From positions 600,942 through 664,941 of the forward strand of contig CAJFCJ010000009.1 in the NCBI GenBank assembly GCA_904063045.1: a stretch of DNA of 64,000 nucleotides, written 5' to 3'. The notes under the pieces are model-generated. The model had not been told where the DNA came from and searched no databases. It worked only from the letters and a program-made list of their open reading frames with translations. Position numbers and translations under genes: made by a program. Positions 37,828 through 50,787 of this stretch are shown here, piece after piece (position 1 is the first letter of the stretch; each line of letters starts with the position of its first letter). Source of the stretch: Dimorphilus gyrociliatus. Taxonomy: Eukaryota; Animalia; Annelida.

Positions 37828-40800
37828 GAACGACTCGAAGTAGTTTTCTTAGGGCATATACCTTTTTTCAAAATTTTTTAATGAGTCCTGTATAAGATTT
37901 CATAATCAATATTTCAAGTTTTGTTATATTTTCTATGTTGAGTTAAGCGTTAAACCTACCCGTATACACCACTTTCTTCTATATTAGCATTATTTAAATA
38001 TCTATAACTGTTTTCTTATTCTAAGGTTATCTTGCTCTTTTATATAATCGATTACAAAGTAAAATAATATGTCAAGCGTAAACAGGTTATAAAAGGGGAA
38101 TACAATTTAGCAGTTATACCAAGTATCATAAATTTATATATACACATCTAATCAGAATTTGTAAGAAAAAGAGAAAAAGGGAAATCCAACCTACCCTCTA
38201 ACACATTTAAATTGGTGGTGTGGGAATAATACTGAAAATTTGGCCTATTTCTTTATATTTATTATTATTAGAATTTTTTTTTTTGATATAAAATTGCCCA
38301 TTTCTCAAAGATTTTAATATCCCATTTATCCATAATTAATCATAAAGGGGAAAATTGAAATTATTGTTAGGAATGCAATATGTAAAATTGGTCTATTATT
38401 ATGTAATTGAATGTCTGTGTAAGCCGGATTTGGATCTAGCCGACATGATTTCCTCATTTCATCTTATCTATTTAAAAAATTCCTTTAAAGAATGACGTAA
38501 TTGTTGAAAAGTTTTATAATATATTTATTTTACTTTTGTGGTAAAAGATCAATTTTTATAGTATAAGGTAATTCTTATTCAGTGTTCATATACTGTAAAT
38601 GTGTGTCTATTTACTTGTTTATACATTGATCGTTCGATATCTGTCTCCGTTCTTTTCATATTAAATAGAATAAAATGTCAGATGGTGTATTATCAATCGA
38701 ATATTTCAATTACACTTTATAATCTATTAATATATATCAGAAAGGAGGAAAAAAAAAGAAATAATCTCGTTTTTACTATACTTTCTGTCGATAAACAGCA
38801 AGGAACGTTCTTTCATCACATTTCTTAATTTTTATATATACAGTATATATACATCTTAAAAGCGAGTTTTTCTTGTCTTTTATTCTATAAATTATGCTTA
38901 TGAAGTATTTAATACAGTATATACAGTATAAAGTTGTTATTGTATATGTTAAGATGATAAAAATTTTTAGGTTAGTCGATTAAATTTGCAATCTATATTG
39001 AGTATTTATTATTGTTTGCTCTTAAAAAGCGTATGGAATTTTTCCAATCTAAAAATCTAGAGGTTTTTAATAGTTTAACCGCATGATTCGCTATGTTGAA
39101 TTTTAAGCAATAAAAAAAGATTCACAACTTCCGGTGGCATGTATTTCTCGTTTCTTTTTTCTCTATCCTTTCTTCTTTTTTTTTATAATACAGTTATTAT
39201 ATATATATATATATATTATCATCTGCTCAATCGGCGACATAAACCTTATTGACAGTTATATATAAAAATCCTTGAAAATAAAGCTAATGTGTCAATATTC
39301 TTACCTTTTTTTTATTATTAATCCTTTTTATTTATTAATATATAAATTAAAAAATATATCCTTTTTTGTCTTTTCATTATTGATATTAACCGTTTAAAGT
39401 TCACTTAGAAACTGACACAGTGAGAGATTTGAAGAGTGAAAGAAACATAAAAATATAAAAAAAAAAAAGAAGAAAAAAAATAAAAAGAGACAACCCTATC
39501 AATATGATAAGAGAAAACAATGTTTTATGATATGTTGACATTACACTCTCTTTATAATCGTTAGTTTGATTATATTTTGGCATGGATATTTTTTTTTAGG
39601 TTATTTTATATATTTTAAGTAGTTCAACAAAGAAAAACGCTCTGTATATTTAAAGAGAGGACGAGAGGTAGTCTAGTCTTTGAGAATGTATTACGTTGAT
39701 TTCGATATTCTACTGTCATATTAGTGAATAATAAACAAACGAAACCCGGACTTAAAAGACTAGATGCGCCGTTAGGCTAGCGTACAAGACTTTTATTACG
39801 GCGCTTGGAATCACAGAACTCGGATTACCTGCTTTACCTGAATAGTTATATTATTACTTATTATTTAATCCATCATCAAATTAGAAGAACAATAGAATAT
39901 TCTACTAACAAAACTGGTATAACATTTGTGGAACGTTTTATACTTCGAACCTTCTATTATATAATATCAGCCACATTTCGAGTAGATAATATAACAAATC
40001 CGTATCAATTACCTTTAGAATTCATATTTGGTAAGTTTTTATTATCTATATCATTTATTCTTATCAATAAGAATGTATTTTGTTAATGTTAAATATATTC
40101 GGGTATTAACAGAACAAAAGGGCGCTAGTACGATAACATGAGTGTATTTCTATCAATATATAGATAAAATGAAATGTCAATTACAATTTCATCAATTAAA
40201 ATAGATAAACTATATAGATATATATATATATCTGTTGAATTTTTTCGCCCTATTCTAACACATATGAAATATTTAAATCAATTTCATTTTTATATTAGAT
40301 AATAAGAAAATATATCAAACTAAGTGGTATAAACTACATTTATTTATTATATACTGTATACGCAGAGTTTTTTATTTATTAATATAATTCCAATAGAGCA
40401 AGAGGGCAAAAAAGTGCTTCATTATAAATTATTTAGCATCTATAGGTGGTCCTTTAAAGCAAAACTACGTTTCTTTTCTTTATCAATTTTTGAAACTGCA
40501 CAGAAAGAGAGAGAGAGAGAGATTAAGTGAGTGAATGAGAATGAGTGGGAGGAAAGAAGGAAAAGAAAACGAAGGAAAGATACAGACATAAAGAAAGAGA
40601 GGAGACAGGCAGACACAAAAAAAACATTATCCTCTATTTCCATTAAATCTCTTCCCTTATATGTTCACTTAAATTTTATAGTTTCTTTTAAAGCAACTAC
40701 GATAAAAGAAAAATGTATATAAGGCCTATAATTTTGAGAGTACGAGGAAAGAGACTATACCTACACTGTGTAAATCTAGTGCGATTAAATAGTCCTCTTT

Positions 40801-40902
40801 AAGTGCTAAAGCATTTATATATAAACTATCGGACTAGAGTGAAGAGGGAATGATAACCGGGAGCTTGTCATTCTTCAGGTATAACTTGATAAATCGAAGA
40901 AA

Positions 40903-41590
40903 ATGAGCAGAAGAGCAAGTTTATTATTAAAAGAAGAGCAAGAGCAGCCAGAAGGTTCGAGTAAAAATAAGACAGCGAGAGTTCGTTTTCCGGATGAGTT
41001 GGTTTTTCTGGATAATATAAAAGAAAATGATGTTCAAGCCATGGATAGGATGTTACGAAGGGCTAGTTTAAAAATGGATATTAATAGTATGTCTAGCTCA
41101 GGTAAGCAATAGTGGAAAAACTAAAAAGTATACCTAAACATTTATTATAACTTTTTATTATCAGGAATGACGGCTTTACACCAGGCGGTCGTCGATGGAA
41201 ATTTTCAGGCTGTTAGGCTTCTAATCAGACACGGAGCTGATGTTAATAAAACCGATGAAGGTTGGATGGGTTTTCCTTTTCATGGCTAAATAAATCCTTG
41301 TTTTTCTAGCATTATGCATGTGAAATAATCTTGTTATTATAGATACATGGACACCCCTGCACGCAGCCTGTGCAAATGGACACGTCGACATTGCCAGGTT
41401 TCTTCTAGATCTTAATCAATTATATATATATATATATATATATATATTACTAATGAATCTTCTCCTCTGTCCATCCAGATTTCTTATTCAAAAAGGAGCC
41501 GATAAAAACATTAAGAACGAAGATGGTGAGAGACCAATCGATTTAGTAGATTCATCGGATTTTGCCATGATTAAAGTCGTATTAGAGTGA
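40903..41590 (+). CDS. PPP1R27: PPP1R27-like small ankyrin-repeat PP1 regulatory subunit, 153 aa. Exons 40903-41101, 41165-41260, 41343-41397, 41479-41590
   Basis: RVRF (RVxF) motif followed by PDELVFLDNIKEND, GMTALHQAVVDGN, TWTPLHAACANGHVDIARFLIQKGAD and DGERPIDLVD. Size and layout match PPP1R27; a truncated MYPT-family relative is the alternative. Confidence 0.75.
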
Positions 41591-44500
41591 ATCCAACATA
41601 AAAAACTTAATAGTCCTTCCTGAAATAAAAACTGATTGTTAGTAATATAATTAAAAAAAAAAACTCAATTATATTACAGAATCTTTCCTCATTATAATAT
41701 TAATTATTAAAATTTCTCTGTTATAATGCTAGGCACTAGGAAGTTTGTTGTAAAGTCAAATAAGGACTAGTTTAAAGAAAATAATAAATAAAAAAAAAAA
41801 TAAAAAATCAATATTTTTATAAATTCATCAATTTTCTCTAGGCCTAATTCCTTAAAAAATTTACCGACTAATTATAGTAGAAAAAGTCTAACGAAAATTT
41901 ATGATCAAAGAAGAGAGAGACATGCAATGTTTAAAAAGGATATTTATCATCTTTTATACTCAATTTTCAATTGTCAATTATTAGTAAGAAATAAAGTAAA
42001 AATGGACTAGAGCGCTAGATAACTAATTATATTTCCTCTTTCTTTTCATTTGTCTGTTCTATTCACGCAATAAATAAGATGTAATAGAAAACAATGATTA
42101 ATAAAAAAATGAAAGAAAGAAAGGTAGAGGAAGTATAAAAAAGGAAACATAAGAAGAAGAAGTAGCAGAAGAAGAAAAGAGAGAAAAAATCTATGATAAA
42201 GAAAAGATAAAAGAGAAAAAAAGAGAAAAAAAAAATAAAATTTTACAAATATATATCAAGCAATTAAATAAAAAGAAAACGAATTGAAAAGAGGGATAGT
42301 ACTCGGGGTTTTGAGTTATGGCTTTTCATAAAATTTTAGTCGACGTTGCACAGACTTGTCAAAAAATATTTCATTTGACGTATAATAAAAAAAGAATAGT
42401 TTATTAATGTGAATATTTTCATTTTTTTATATTTTTTTTATTATACACTTTTTACATTTTAAAAGACAAACAAAACAAACAAAACAATTGTGGTAATAAA
42501 TTTATTTTATAAAAGTTTAACAAATGTTTTATCTTAAGTTAACTAGTTGCCAATGTTTTGCGTGTTGTGTTTTTTCCCCTCCTCTATGTTTCTTACTCAT
42601 TTAAACGATGTGACTACTTAATTAAAAAGCTACCTCTGGAGAATGTAAAGCGTTTAGCTTGTATCTTTCTTATATCTTGAGAAATTAAAAGTTTTTGATT
42701 TTAGTGATTCAATATCAATACTCGATAGATGGCGTATGAAATATGAATAGTCTTATCAAAAAAATTAGACAGTAGTTCGATAATTAGATTGTTAAAGGAC
42801 AGAGGAATATAGTTTATTGAAAAATAAAATTAATTAAGAAGTAATTAATTAACTATTACCTAAAATAAAATATACTGGTGTAAGGTATTCATAGTATAAA
42901 ACCGGTATAGTATATCTTATGAATTCGAAGAAAAATTCACAGTAGAATACTATACTATTATCATATTTAACGTTGATAAAAGAGATATAAGCTTTTATAG
43001 ATTTATTATTTCGTCATCTAACAAGCAGTTTAAAACTTCATTAACGTGACAAAAGGAGTATCCAAATGGGAAATTAAAGCGGTAACAATATTCAATGGAA
43101 ATCACCTACCTATAACTAATTTACAATACAGCCACTCGACCAATAATGATTAATGATTCTACGAGAGATAAAAGGTTAAATACTTCAAATTACTTATTGT
43201 TTAATAAAGAAGAAGACCCAAAGTCATGTACATTTCTAATAGATAATATAAATTCTATAATTGGTATAAAAGAAACAATACGGAAAATAAATAGAACAAT
43301 CTAGCTATTTTTTCTTTTACAATTGGGGAAACGTTTTCAATCGATAAAGACTTTTTTCATCCAAATATACATAAAAAGTCACCTCCAGCTGTAGCATAGG
43401 GAATATAATTAATTCGGGTGATTTATTGCAAAATTGATGTTTAGATTGTAAAGAATTTATTCATTCTTCAACTTTAAAGGCTATTTCTTCAATAAAAAAA
43501 ATAACGACAACAAAACAACACGATAAACATAGAAACACTCTTGTTAGTTGTCAAGTGAAAACTTTATTTTATCTAAGCGATTAATTGTAAAAATGTTCAG
43601 AGATTAATAGATTAGAATAAATCTTTAATACCGTAGTTAAAACATTATAACAAGCTTTGTTGGAAACTTTAAGTTAAAGAGGAAAATGATAACGGTTTTG
43701 TTAATAATAATAACAATACAAAGGAAAAGCATCAACGTAAATTAAATTCAGACAAAAGAAAATACCCGAGAGTTGTCTAACGGAGAAAACAACCCTATTT
43801 GACCGAGTTTGGGTAGAGATGTTTAGTCGTTAGAGGAGAATTTATTTTACAGCACACGCTTCATCCATTATATTTAGACGGGGGGAAAAAAGCATTAAGA
43901 CGAAGACGTCCGTTAAAGATAAATTTTCATATTTTCCTTCTTATAACCTCTATTAAAAGGGAAAATATTTATGATGAAAATAGTTATTTTTAGATTTTTA
44001 ACTGTTCCATAACAAATGAAAGAGTTGCAGTTATAATTGTTTTTGTTTAAAAAAAAAAACCGTCTATTTTTTCTTTGAAATTGTCATTGAATTTACTAAA
44101 TTTGCTTAGGTATCATTATGCAATTGTTTCAAAATCATTGAATTAAAATTCCATTAAATATGTAAAAATTATAAAAAAGGTGATATAAATTAAATTAAGA
44201 GTATATGATACTCTTACTAATTTGCTAGTAAAGAAACGTAATTGACTCACTAGGGTTCAAGTATAAATATATAGAGCCGCCTTTATCAAGCAGTTTTGCG
44301 GAAAGGAGCAAAGATGTAAGTATACGAGAATGACATTTACTCTTTTCCCTTTTAAAGTTTTATCCGATTAGATAAGCTCTATAATAATATTGTTCCTCTT
44401 AGGTAATTCAATATATTGAATATTAATTAAAGTAGTAATTTTCATTATCCTTTAGTTTTTTAGTCATTAAAATAAGAAGTTGTTTAAAGTAATATGTCAT

Positions 44501-44813
44501 TTCTATCTTTTTACATGTATATTGTATATAATAGACAATTACTCTATAGATAACGGTCAAAGGTCATTTAGTCTCTGAGAATATTTCCCTTATTGATTGT
44601 ATTCTATAATACTTTTTATAATAAAGTAGGGCGTGCTGTTTTTTTTATTAAAAACTGATTGATAGATTATGAGAATAGATTCCCTTTACGCTTTTATTAT
44701 ATTTACATAATAATTTAATCTTTGCATTTTTGCTTTCTTTCTTCTTCATTTCATTTTTCAAAATAATACTGAAAAAATGAAGAACAGTCCAAAAAGAAAG
44801 GAAACTATACAAA

Positions 44814-45327
44814 ATGGAGAAAATCTTCGTTTGCTTGTTAATGTTCAGTACCATTGCTTTAGCTTATACAAGGATGGATTTATTGTAAGAAATTACAATT
44901 TAATATTGAATTTATACACTAGTGAATTGTTATCTTTTATCTTTTTATAGCTCGGATGAAGAACCTTCGTTCAATCCTTTGTAAGTGATTGAGTATTTAT
45001 TAATAAACTTTTTAAGTTGAACCATTTTTCTCTTTTGAACTTTTTTTTAGCATATCTGAGGAATTTGATGATAACTCTAATCTTATCAAAAGAGGTATCT
45101 TTCTTAAAAACTAGGGTATGGATTAATGACGATTATTAATAACTTTTTAAGGACGAATCATGAGAGGGCCTCACAAGGGTAAGGAGTTCTGCGGAAGAAT
45201 TCAAAGAAAGCCAATTTTTTGTGGTACGGGTAGATTCTGCTGCGCTAAAGGGGTATGCTGTAAACAAGGACAAGTTTGTAGGTTTATGCAGGAGTTTCAC
45301 GTGTATCATTGTATAAACGGTTTGTGA
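44814..45327 (+). CDS. Secreted prepropeptide, 106 aa, with a cationic 8-Cys mature peptide. Exons 44814-44884, 44951-44980, 45051-45094, 45152-45327
   Basis: Four exons with GT-AG sites and consistent phases (2, 2, 1) give MEKIFVCLLMFSTIALA-YTRMDLFSDEEPSFNPFISEEFDDNSNLIKR-GRIMRGPHKGKEFCGRIQRKPIFCGTGRFCCAKGVCCKQGQVCRFMQEFHVYHCINGL*. Absent from the ORF track. Confidence 0.8.
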
Positions 45328-46052
45328 ACGTAGAATACGTTAAAAGAAGATTTGATTGCTTGTTCATCATATCAATACAACTTCTAATTACCTTATACAT
45401 TGTATTTATCATTTTTTTATGTATAAATATTCATCTAAACTAAACACATCTTAGGGATAGCTTTTATTTGGAATTAGAATAAAAGATGGCATTAGACCCA
45501 CCTGATGTCGAATTATCTATAGTAGCTGAGTGGAATTGTTGAGTAAAAGGGGACTGGGCCAAAGAAAATTTCATTCTACCCTTCTTTAATAATAAATCCT
45601 AGCTATGATACAGTAATATTATTAGAAAAGATCTGTAGTATTACGCAAGATATTTTTATGAAGAGAATGACTCTTAGACCCACTCATTTCATATTTACGA
45701 AGTCATTAAATTTGTTCCTGTTTTCAAAATAATTCTATGTAATAAAGTGTAGTCAGATATTCCTCTGTACTCTTTCACATGGTGACTCATTCTTTTAATA
45801 GCCCTAGCGATAATTGGAGATTAACGTTCAGTTGAATCATGTGTTACCTTAAGATTTGTTTCTACATTGGATTAAAAATTATAGAATTTAAATTTTTATT
45901 TCTAAAAAATTAGAAATTTTATTATAATTTCATAAATTATAATAAATTTTACTGCAAAATCTTAATTTCTTTTCGAAATAACCGTTTGGCGCCCTTGTCG
46001 CTGTAAAAACGGTTCTAATCTCATTTGAAGCTCAGTGTCCGTGATAGTAAAA

Positions 46053-47359
46053 ATGGCTAGTGGCTGGGTAAGTAAAATACTTAGTTTTTAGTGTCCTAGA
46101 AAGACGTCATCATGTAATTCAGATAGTTATTGATTTTTAAATATTTTTCTCTTTATTTTAAATATTTTGAAGTTTTAGGAAATAGTAAATTTCTTATTTT
46201 TCGAACAAAGTTTACTCGATGATTAATTTTAGGGAACTGGTTCGGGATGGAGCAATCAGGCGCCTATGAATCAAGGTTTGTAGTAAATCACAATACTGAA
46301 TATTTAATAGATCTTGTAATTAATTGAATCTTTAGGCTATCAACAACAACAATACGCATCTGCACCTCCCGTTGGTGGAGGATACCAAAATCCAGGACAA
46401 TACCAGAATAATCCAGGACAATTTCAGAATAATCCGGGACAATTTCAGAATAATACGGGACAGTATCAGAACAACCAAGGTGAAATAATATATACATATT
46501 AGTCTTCATGTTGACAATTATATTTTTATTATATTATATATATATATTGAAAATAAACAGGTTATAATCAGTCGCATAATCAATATCCTGGTGGTCAAGG
46601 TAGAGAGATTAACAAACTATATTCTGGATTTAATTTCAATCATATTTTCAGGAGTCACCCAAAATATTAGAGAATGGTTTACGGCCATTGATCAATCTGG
46701 TAATGGAAGGGTGTCTGCCCTTGAATTACAGGCAGCATTAACAAATAGCGATTGGAGTCGATTCAGTATGGAAACATGTATATTAATGATAAGTTAGTGT
46801 TCTATTACAATGTAAATAATTCTTATAAAATATTTATATCTTTATTAAGTCATTAAATTATTGAATAAAACAAGAATAGTTTAGAAATAAGTTAATCTTG
46901 AAATTTCTATCATTTTAACAGAATTGTTTGATAGGAGTAATGATCAGAAAATTGATATAAATGAATTTCAAGCTTTATGGAATTATATTCAAGAATGGAA
47001 AAGAATATTTGAATCATTTGATAGAGATAGATCAGGTACAATTGATGTTAACGAATTGACTAGTGGTTAGTATGCTATATAAATAGAAAGGCTATAAACA
47101 TTTATAACCAATTTTATTAAACTTTATCACAGCGTTTAATCAAATGGGCTTTCGTCTAAGTCCCAACTTTTCCCAAGTCGTCGTAAAAAGGTACGATACG
47201 ACTGGCAGAGGCTGTATTACATTTGACGCTTTTATTCACGCTTGCGTTCTTGTCAAGAATTCCACCGATTCATTCGCAAAAAAAGATTTACAGAGAAAGG
47301 GAGAAGCAACTTTCAATTTTGAAGAATTCCTTACAATCTACTTGAATACAGTGAAATAA
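46053..47359 (+). CDS. PEF1: Penta-EF-hand protein (peflin/ALG-2 family, peflin-like long N-terminus), about 250 aa. Exons 46053-46067, 46233-46275, 46336-46479, 46561-46599, 46652-46792, 46922-47065, 47133-47359
   Basis: EF hands DQSGNGRVSALEL, DRSNDQKIDINEF, DRDRSGTIDVNEL and DTTGRGCITFDAF; LWNYIQEWKRIFESFD segment; G/Q/N/P/Y-rich N-terminus. The family is secure; peflin versus ALG-2 is less certain. Confidence 0.8.
46392..46475 (+). repeat. Four copies of a coding 21-bp unit (PGQ[Y/F]QNN) in the penta-EF-hand N-terminus
   Basis: ccaggacaataccagaataat / ccaggacaatttcagaataat / ccgggacaatttcagaataat / acgggacagtatcagaacaac. Confidence 0.85.
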
Positions 47360-48504
47360 TATGCACAGACACACATTTACACTTAAATACATTAATATAT
47401 ACTGTATATATATATATACTGTATAATATATACTAATATATTACATAATAAATAAATAATTATCTTGTATATGTTATACTTTAGATAAAATTATGATTTT
47501 ATAACTTTATATACTGTGTTTATACTTATTAGTTCATATTTATTTATAGTGTTTTTTTCCACAAGCTATTTCATAGGGAACTGGATACAATTATGAACTT
47601 ACTTAATTGTCCTATTTATAGCAAGAAATAAAATAACATTTCTTTCAAGTAAAATCTACTTTCGATACAAAAGATAGCTTCTTTTGTTATATAGATGAGA
47701 TTGACCGTAAAACGGGAGTAAGCCAATAATTATAGTTATAGCAGATGTAGTAATAGAAATACGTATATAAAGTCTCTTCGTACACCTCTCTTTCTTTCCA
47801 TCTATCTATTTATTTATCCATCTAGCTATCTATCTCGTTTCTTTTATTAACAGACTTTTAATAACCTAAGTCATCTGGACTTGTCGTAAAATAAGAATAA
47901 AATAAGATAGCTATCAATAGTTCCATATTGTTTTTCTTTCTGTTATTTGTTTCTCTTTCTCTTAGTATTTATCCATCTGGCATCATCAATAAATAAAATG
48001 ATAGATTCAGGCAAAAGATGTCCATATCTATTTTTTTTCTACTCTCAATTATATTAATATATTTTTAAAGGTTCCTTTGTTTTTGGCTAAATTGATACGT
48101 TTTTGCGGTTGTTTTTTGTTTTTTATATTCAATTCTAGGGGAAAAAAATCCAAGCCAAACCATTTGCTCCTATGCTCTTGACATTTGTAAATTAAATTCC
48201 GTTAGAGGTTGGTAGGGACTTTGTAGTGACATTAACGAATGAACTAGCTAAATGAATACACGATACGAGACACATCAACTTTAATTAACTGGCCAATATC
48301 GGCCTATCTCTTAAGGAGGAAATAGCGATGACAGTGCGACTTATCATCTTCCATTCCTGACTTTATATCTTATCATCTATCTTATATGCATCTTATGTAT
48401 ATTTTCAATTTGTTCTGTTTTCTAAATATATCTTTTATTAAACTATATTATTATTCATAATTTCATTCTAAATAATTAGATGCCGCTCCGACTCGAACCA
48501 GGTT

Positions 48505-48516
48505 AGTCACGTGACT
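48505..48516. promoter_or_regulatory. 12-bp E-box palindrome AGTCACGTGACT, 10 bp upstream of the distal Kv-beta ATG
   Basis: Perfect palindrome with a TCACGTGA core; the same core occurs at 33545-33552 in the COA4/zinc-finger divergent gap. Motif match only. Confidence 0.35.
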
Positions 48517-48525
48517 ATCGATTTT

Positions 48526-50756
48526 ATGAGGGAGCAATTTCACGAACCGGCGTCGACGGCGTTCAGTAAAAAGTTGACGGCGGCGCAACAAGTTTGGTAA
48601 GTTCCGTGCCGTGAGGATTATCTGAGAACAGCCAATAAATAAGCTACATTTCGTAAATGTATTTTTTTCTCTTTATTAATCCCTTGTTGGTATTGTTGTC
48701 TATTGTTAATTAGCGCACGATTTATTGAACTGGCGTTTATGTTTGTTTGTTTGTCATTTTATATTTTGTTTTATAAAGAAATATATTAAAAATAATCACT
48801 CTAGACTTATCATTAAAAATTTGCATTTATGCTTGTTTTATTAGACAGGGGTACTTTTATATATGATGTGAGAAGGGGGGAAGGCTGGAAAGAGAGAGAG
48901 AGAGAGAGGAAAATGAAAGAAATCAGTAAGGGAAAAGAAATGATTAATAAAAAAAAATAATAGAACGAAAAGAATATGGGAGATAGATAATCAGATAGGA
49001 AGAAAAATGAAAATAAATGTTTAGTTTTCTCCTCTGTCAAAAGTCTTCTCCCTCTTCCTGTTCCTTCGCTTTTAGTACTTTCAATCCGCTAATTTGTATA
49101 CTTGATATTAGATAAAAATTGAGTGAATATTCATGAATGCTGGAAGGCGGATACCCAATGCATACGTAGAGTGATTATAGTCTTTTGTGCATAAGTATAT
49201 AATATAGCGAATCACATATCGTGACGAGAGCTTTTTCTTGCTTCTAGAGAAGTTTTTTTTGTTTTATTCTATAACAGGCTGTTAATGTAATTATTGGTGG
49301 AACGAAAAAGAATTAACATGACCGTGTCAAGCGTTCGTTCGTTTTACAAAAATAAAAAAAAAGAAGGAAAATAGATTAAAACCTATTGCGAACATATATA
49401 AAATTCTAGTTAACTCTTATAAATAATTATGCATTATTCATGACTTTCGTATCTTTTGCTGTTTTCGATTATATTTACGACGGTTAACTTCTATCGTTGA
49501 TCGATGAGAAAAGAGTATAAAAATCGGCATCTAAAAATGAAAAAGCGAGTAACGTCTTACGTCACCTCAGAGAGGAATAATTAAATTAAACTTTTCTGTT
49601 TCGTTTCTTTCATTTATTCACTTCGCCTTTATATTCAAAGTTGTATAGCGCAATTTTATGTGTTTTTATAAATTATATATACATATAATCTGAATGATTT
49701 ATGTTTTTACATTATAGCGTTGTATTATAAGATCTTTATTGATGAAAAGATATATTGTCTGTTTTGATATACAGTACTATTACAAATTGAGGATATAATA
49801 GTAAAATATATCTAAGAAACATATGTTTCTCATCTGTTGGCTTATTAGCGGTTCAAGTTTATATGCATAGTATAAAAGTGTTTACACAATATTAACAATC
49901 TTTCCTCTCTTTTTTTATTTCATTTATTCATTCATTCTTTCTTTCTTTCTATCTTTCATTTCAACCTTATTTGTGGCGGTTTGTGTCTGTCTGTCTGTAC
50001 ATATATTTATATAAAAAGTATACACTTTGTATATTCTTACATAACCAAAACGTTACTAATATAACAGAAAGAAGTCCTTAATTTTCGATTCTCGTCATGG
50101 CCTAATTCGTCGCTGTCCATTGCAAACAACATGAGTTCACTCATACATTATTCGTAAGTATATATCGTTGGTAAGAAGGAATGTTTATCATGCGTGAAAA
50201 TTATGAAAACGGAGAGGAAGTAGTAGAAGGCAAATGCCTTTTTTCCATTCAACTAACCATTCTCCTCTTTGCATCTTCTCTACTATTCAGTTATAGAAAG
50301 GAGAAAGTAAAAATAGATTAATGTAAACCTGCATATATTTATATAAACACTTATAAATTCTTTATTAGTCTTTACATATGAATTTTACGTAGAGCGCGCG
50401 CGATTTGGAAATGATGAATTAAGAGATTTCATGCAATTTATCCTCCTTCAATGAATAATTGATGCAGGCTGGTGCAAAGGCAAAACGTCTACTCGGGATC
50501 TCGATCTTCTGCCGATGCTACTTCCTCGTCAAAGATAGAAGAAACCCGCAGAAAACAAAGCGTTCATAACACCAAACAAACAACTTCAAAATCTGACAAA
50601 CAACTCAAAGCATACAGGTTTTTTTTCCCTTCTTTTCCCACATTTTTTATATTGTATATTCATAATAGTGCTTACTAACAAATAATAGGTCATAGTTACG
50701 ATAACAGCAATAATTGCAGTGATAATAAAGGCAATAAAGTAATACAAATAACAATA

Positions 50757-50787
<31 letters not shown>

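Noticed and set aside
38601-40722. Short 60-93 aa ORFs in the gap between the coiled-coil gene and PPP1R27-like
   Set aside because: Compositionally biased, overlapping microsatellite or purine tracts, with no recognisable motifs; isolated splice donors here may belong to untranslated exons.
43680-43990. Coding-looking fragments upstream of the Cys-rich peptide gene (possible paralogue)
   Set aside because: No signal peptide, Cys framework or phase-consistent exon chain could be built.
48485-48505. GGTTCGAGTC (tRNA T-loop/B-box-like) on the minus strand
   Set aside because: Flanks do not form a T-stem, acceptor stem or anticodon arm; no tRNA cloverleaf.
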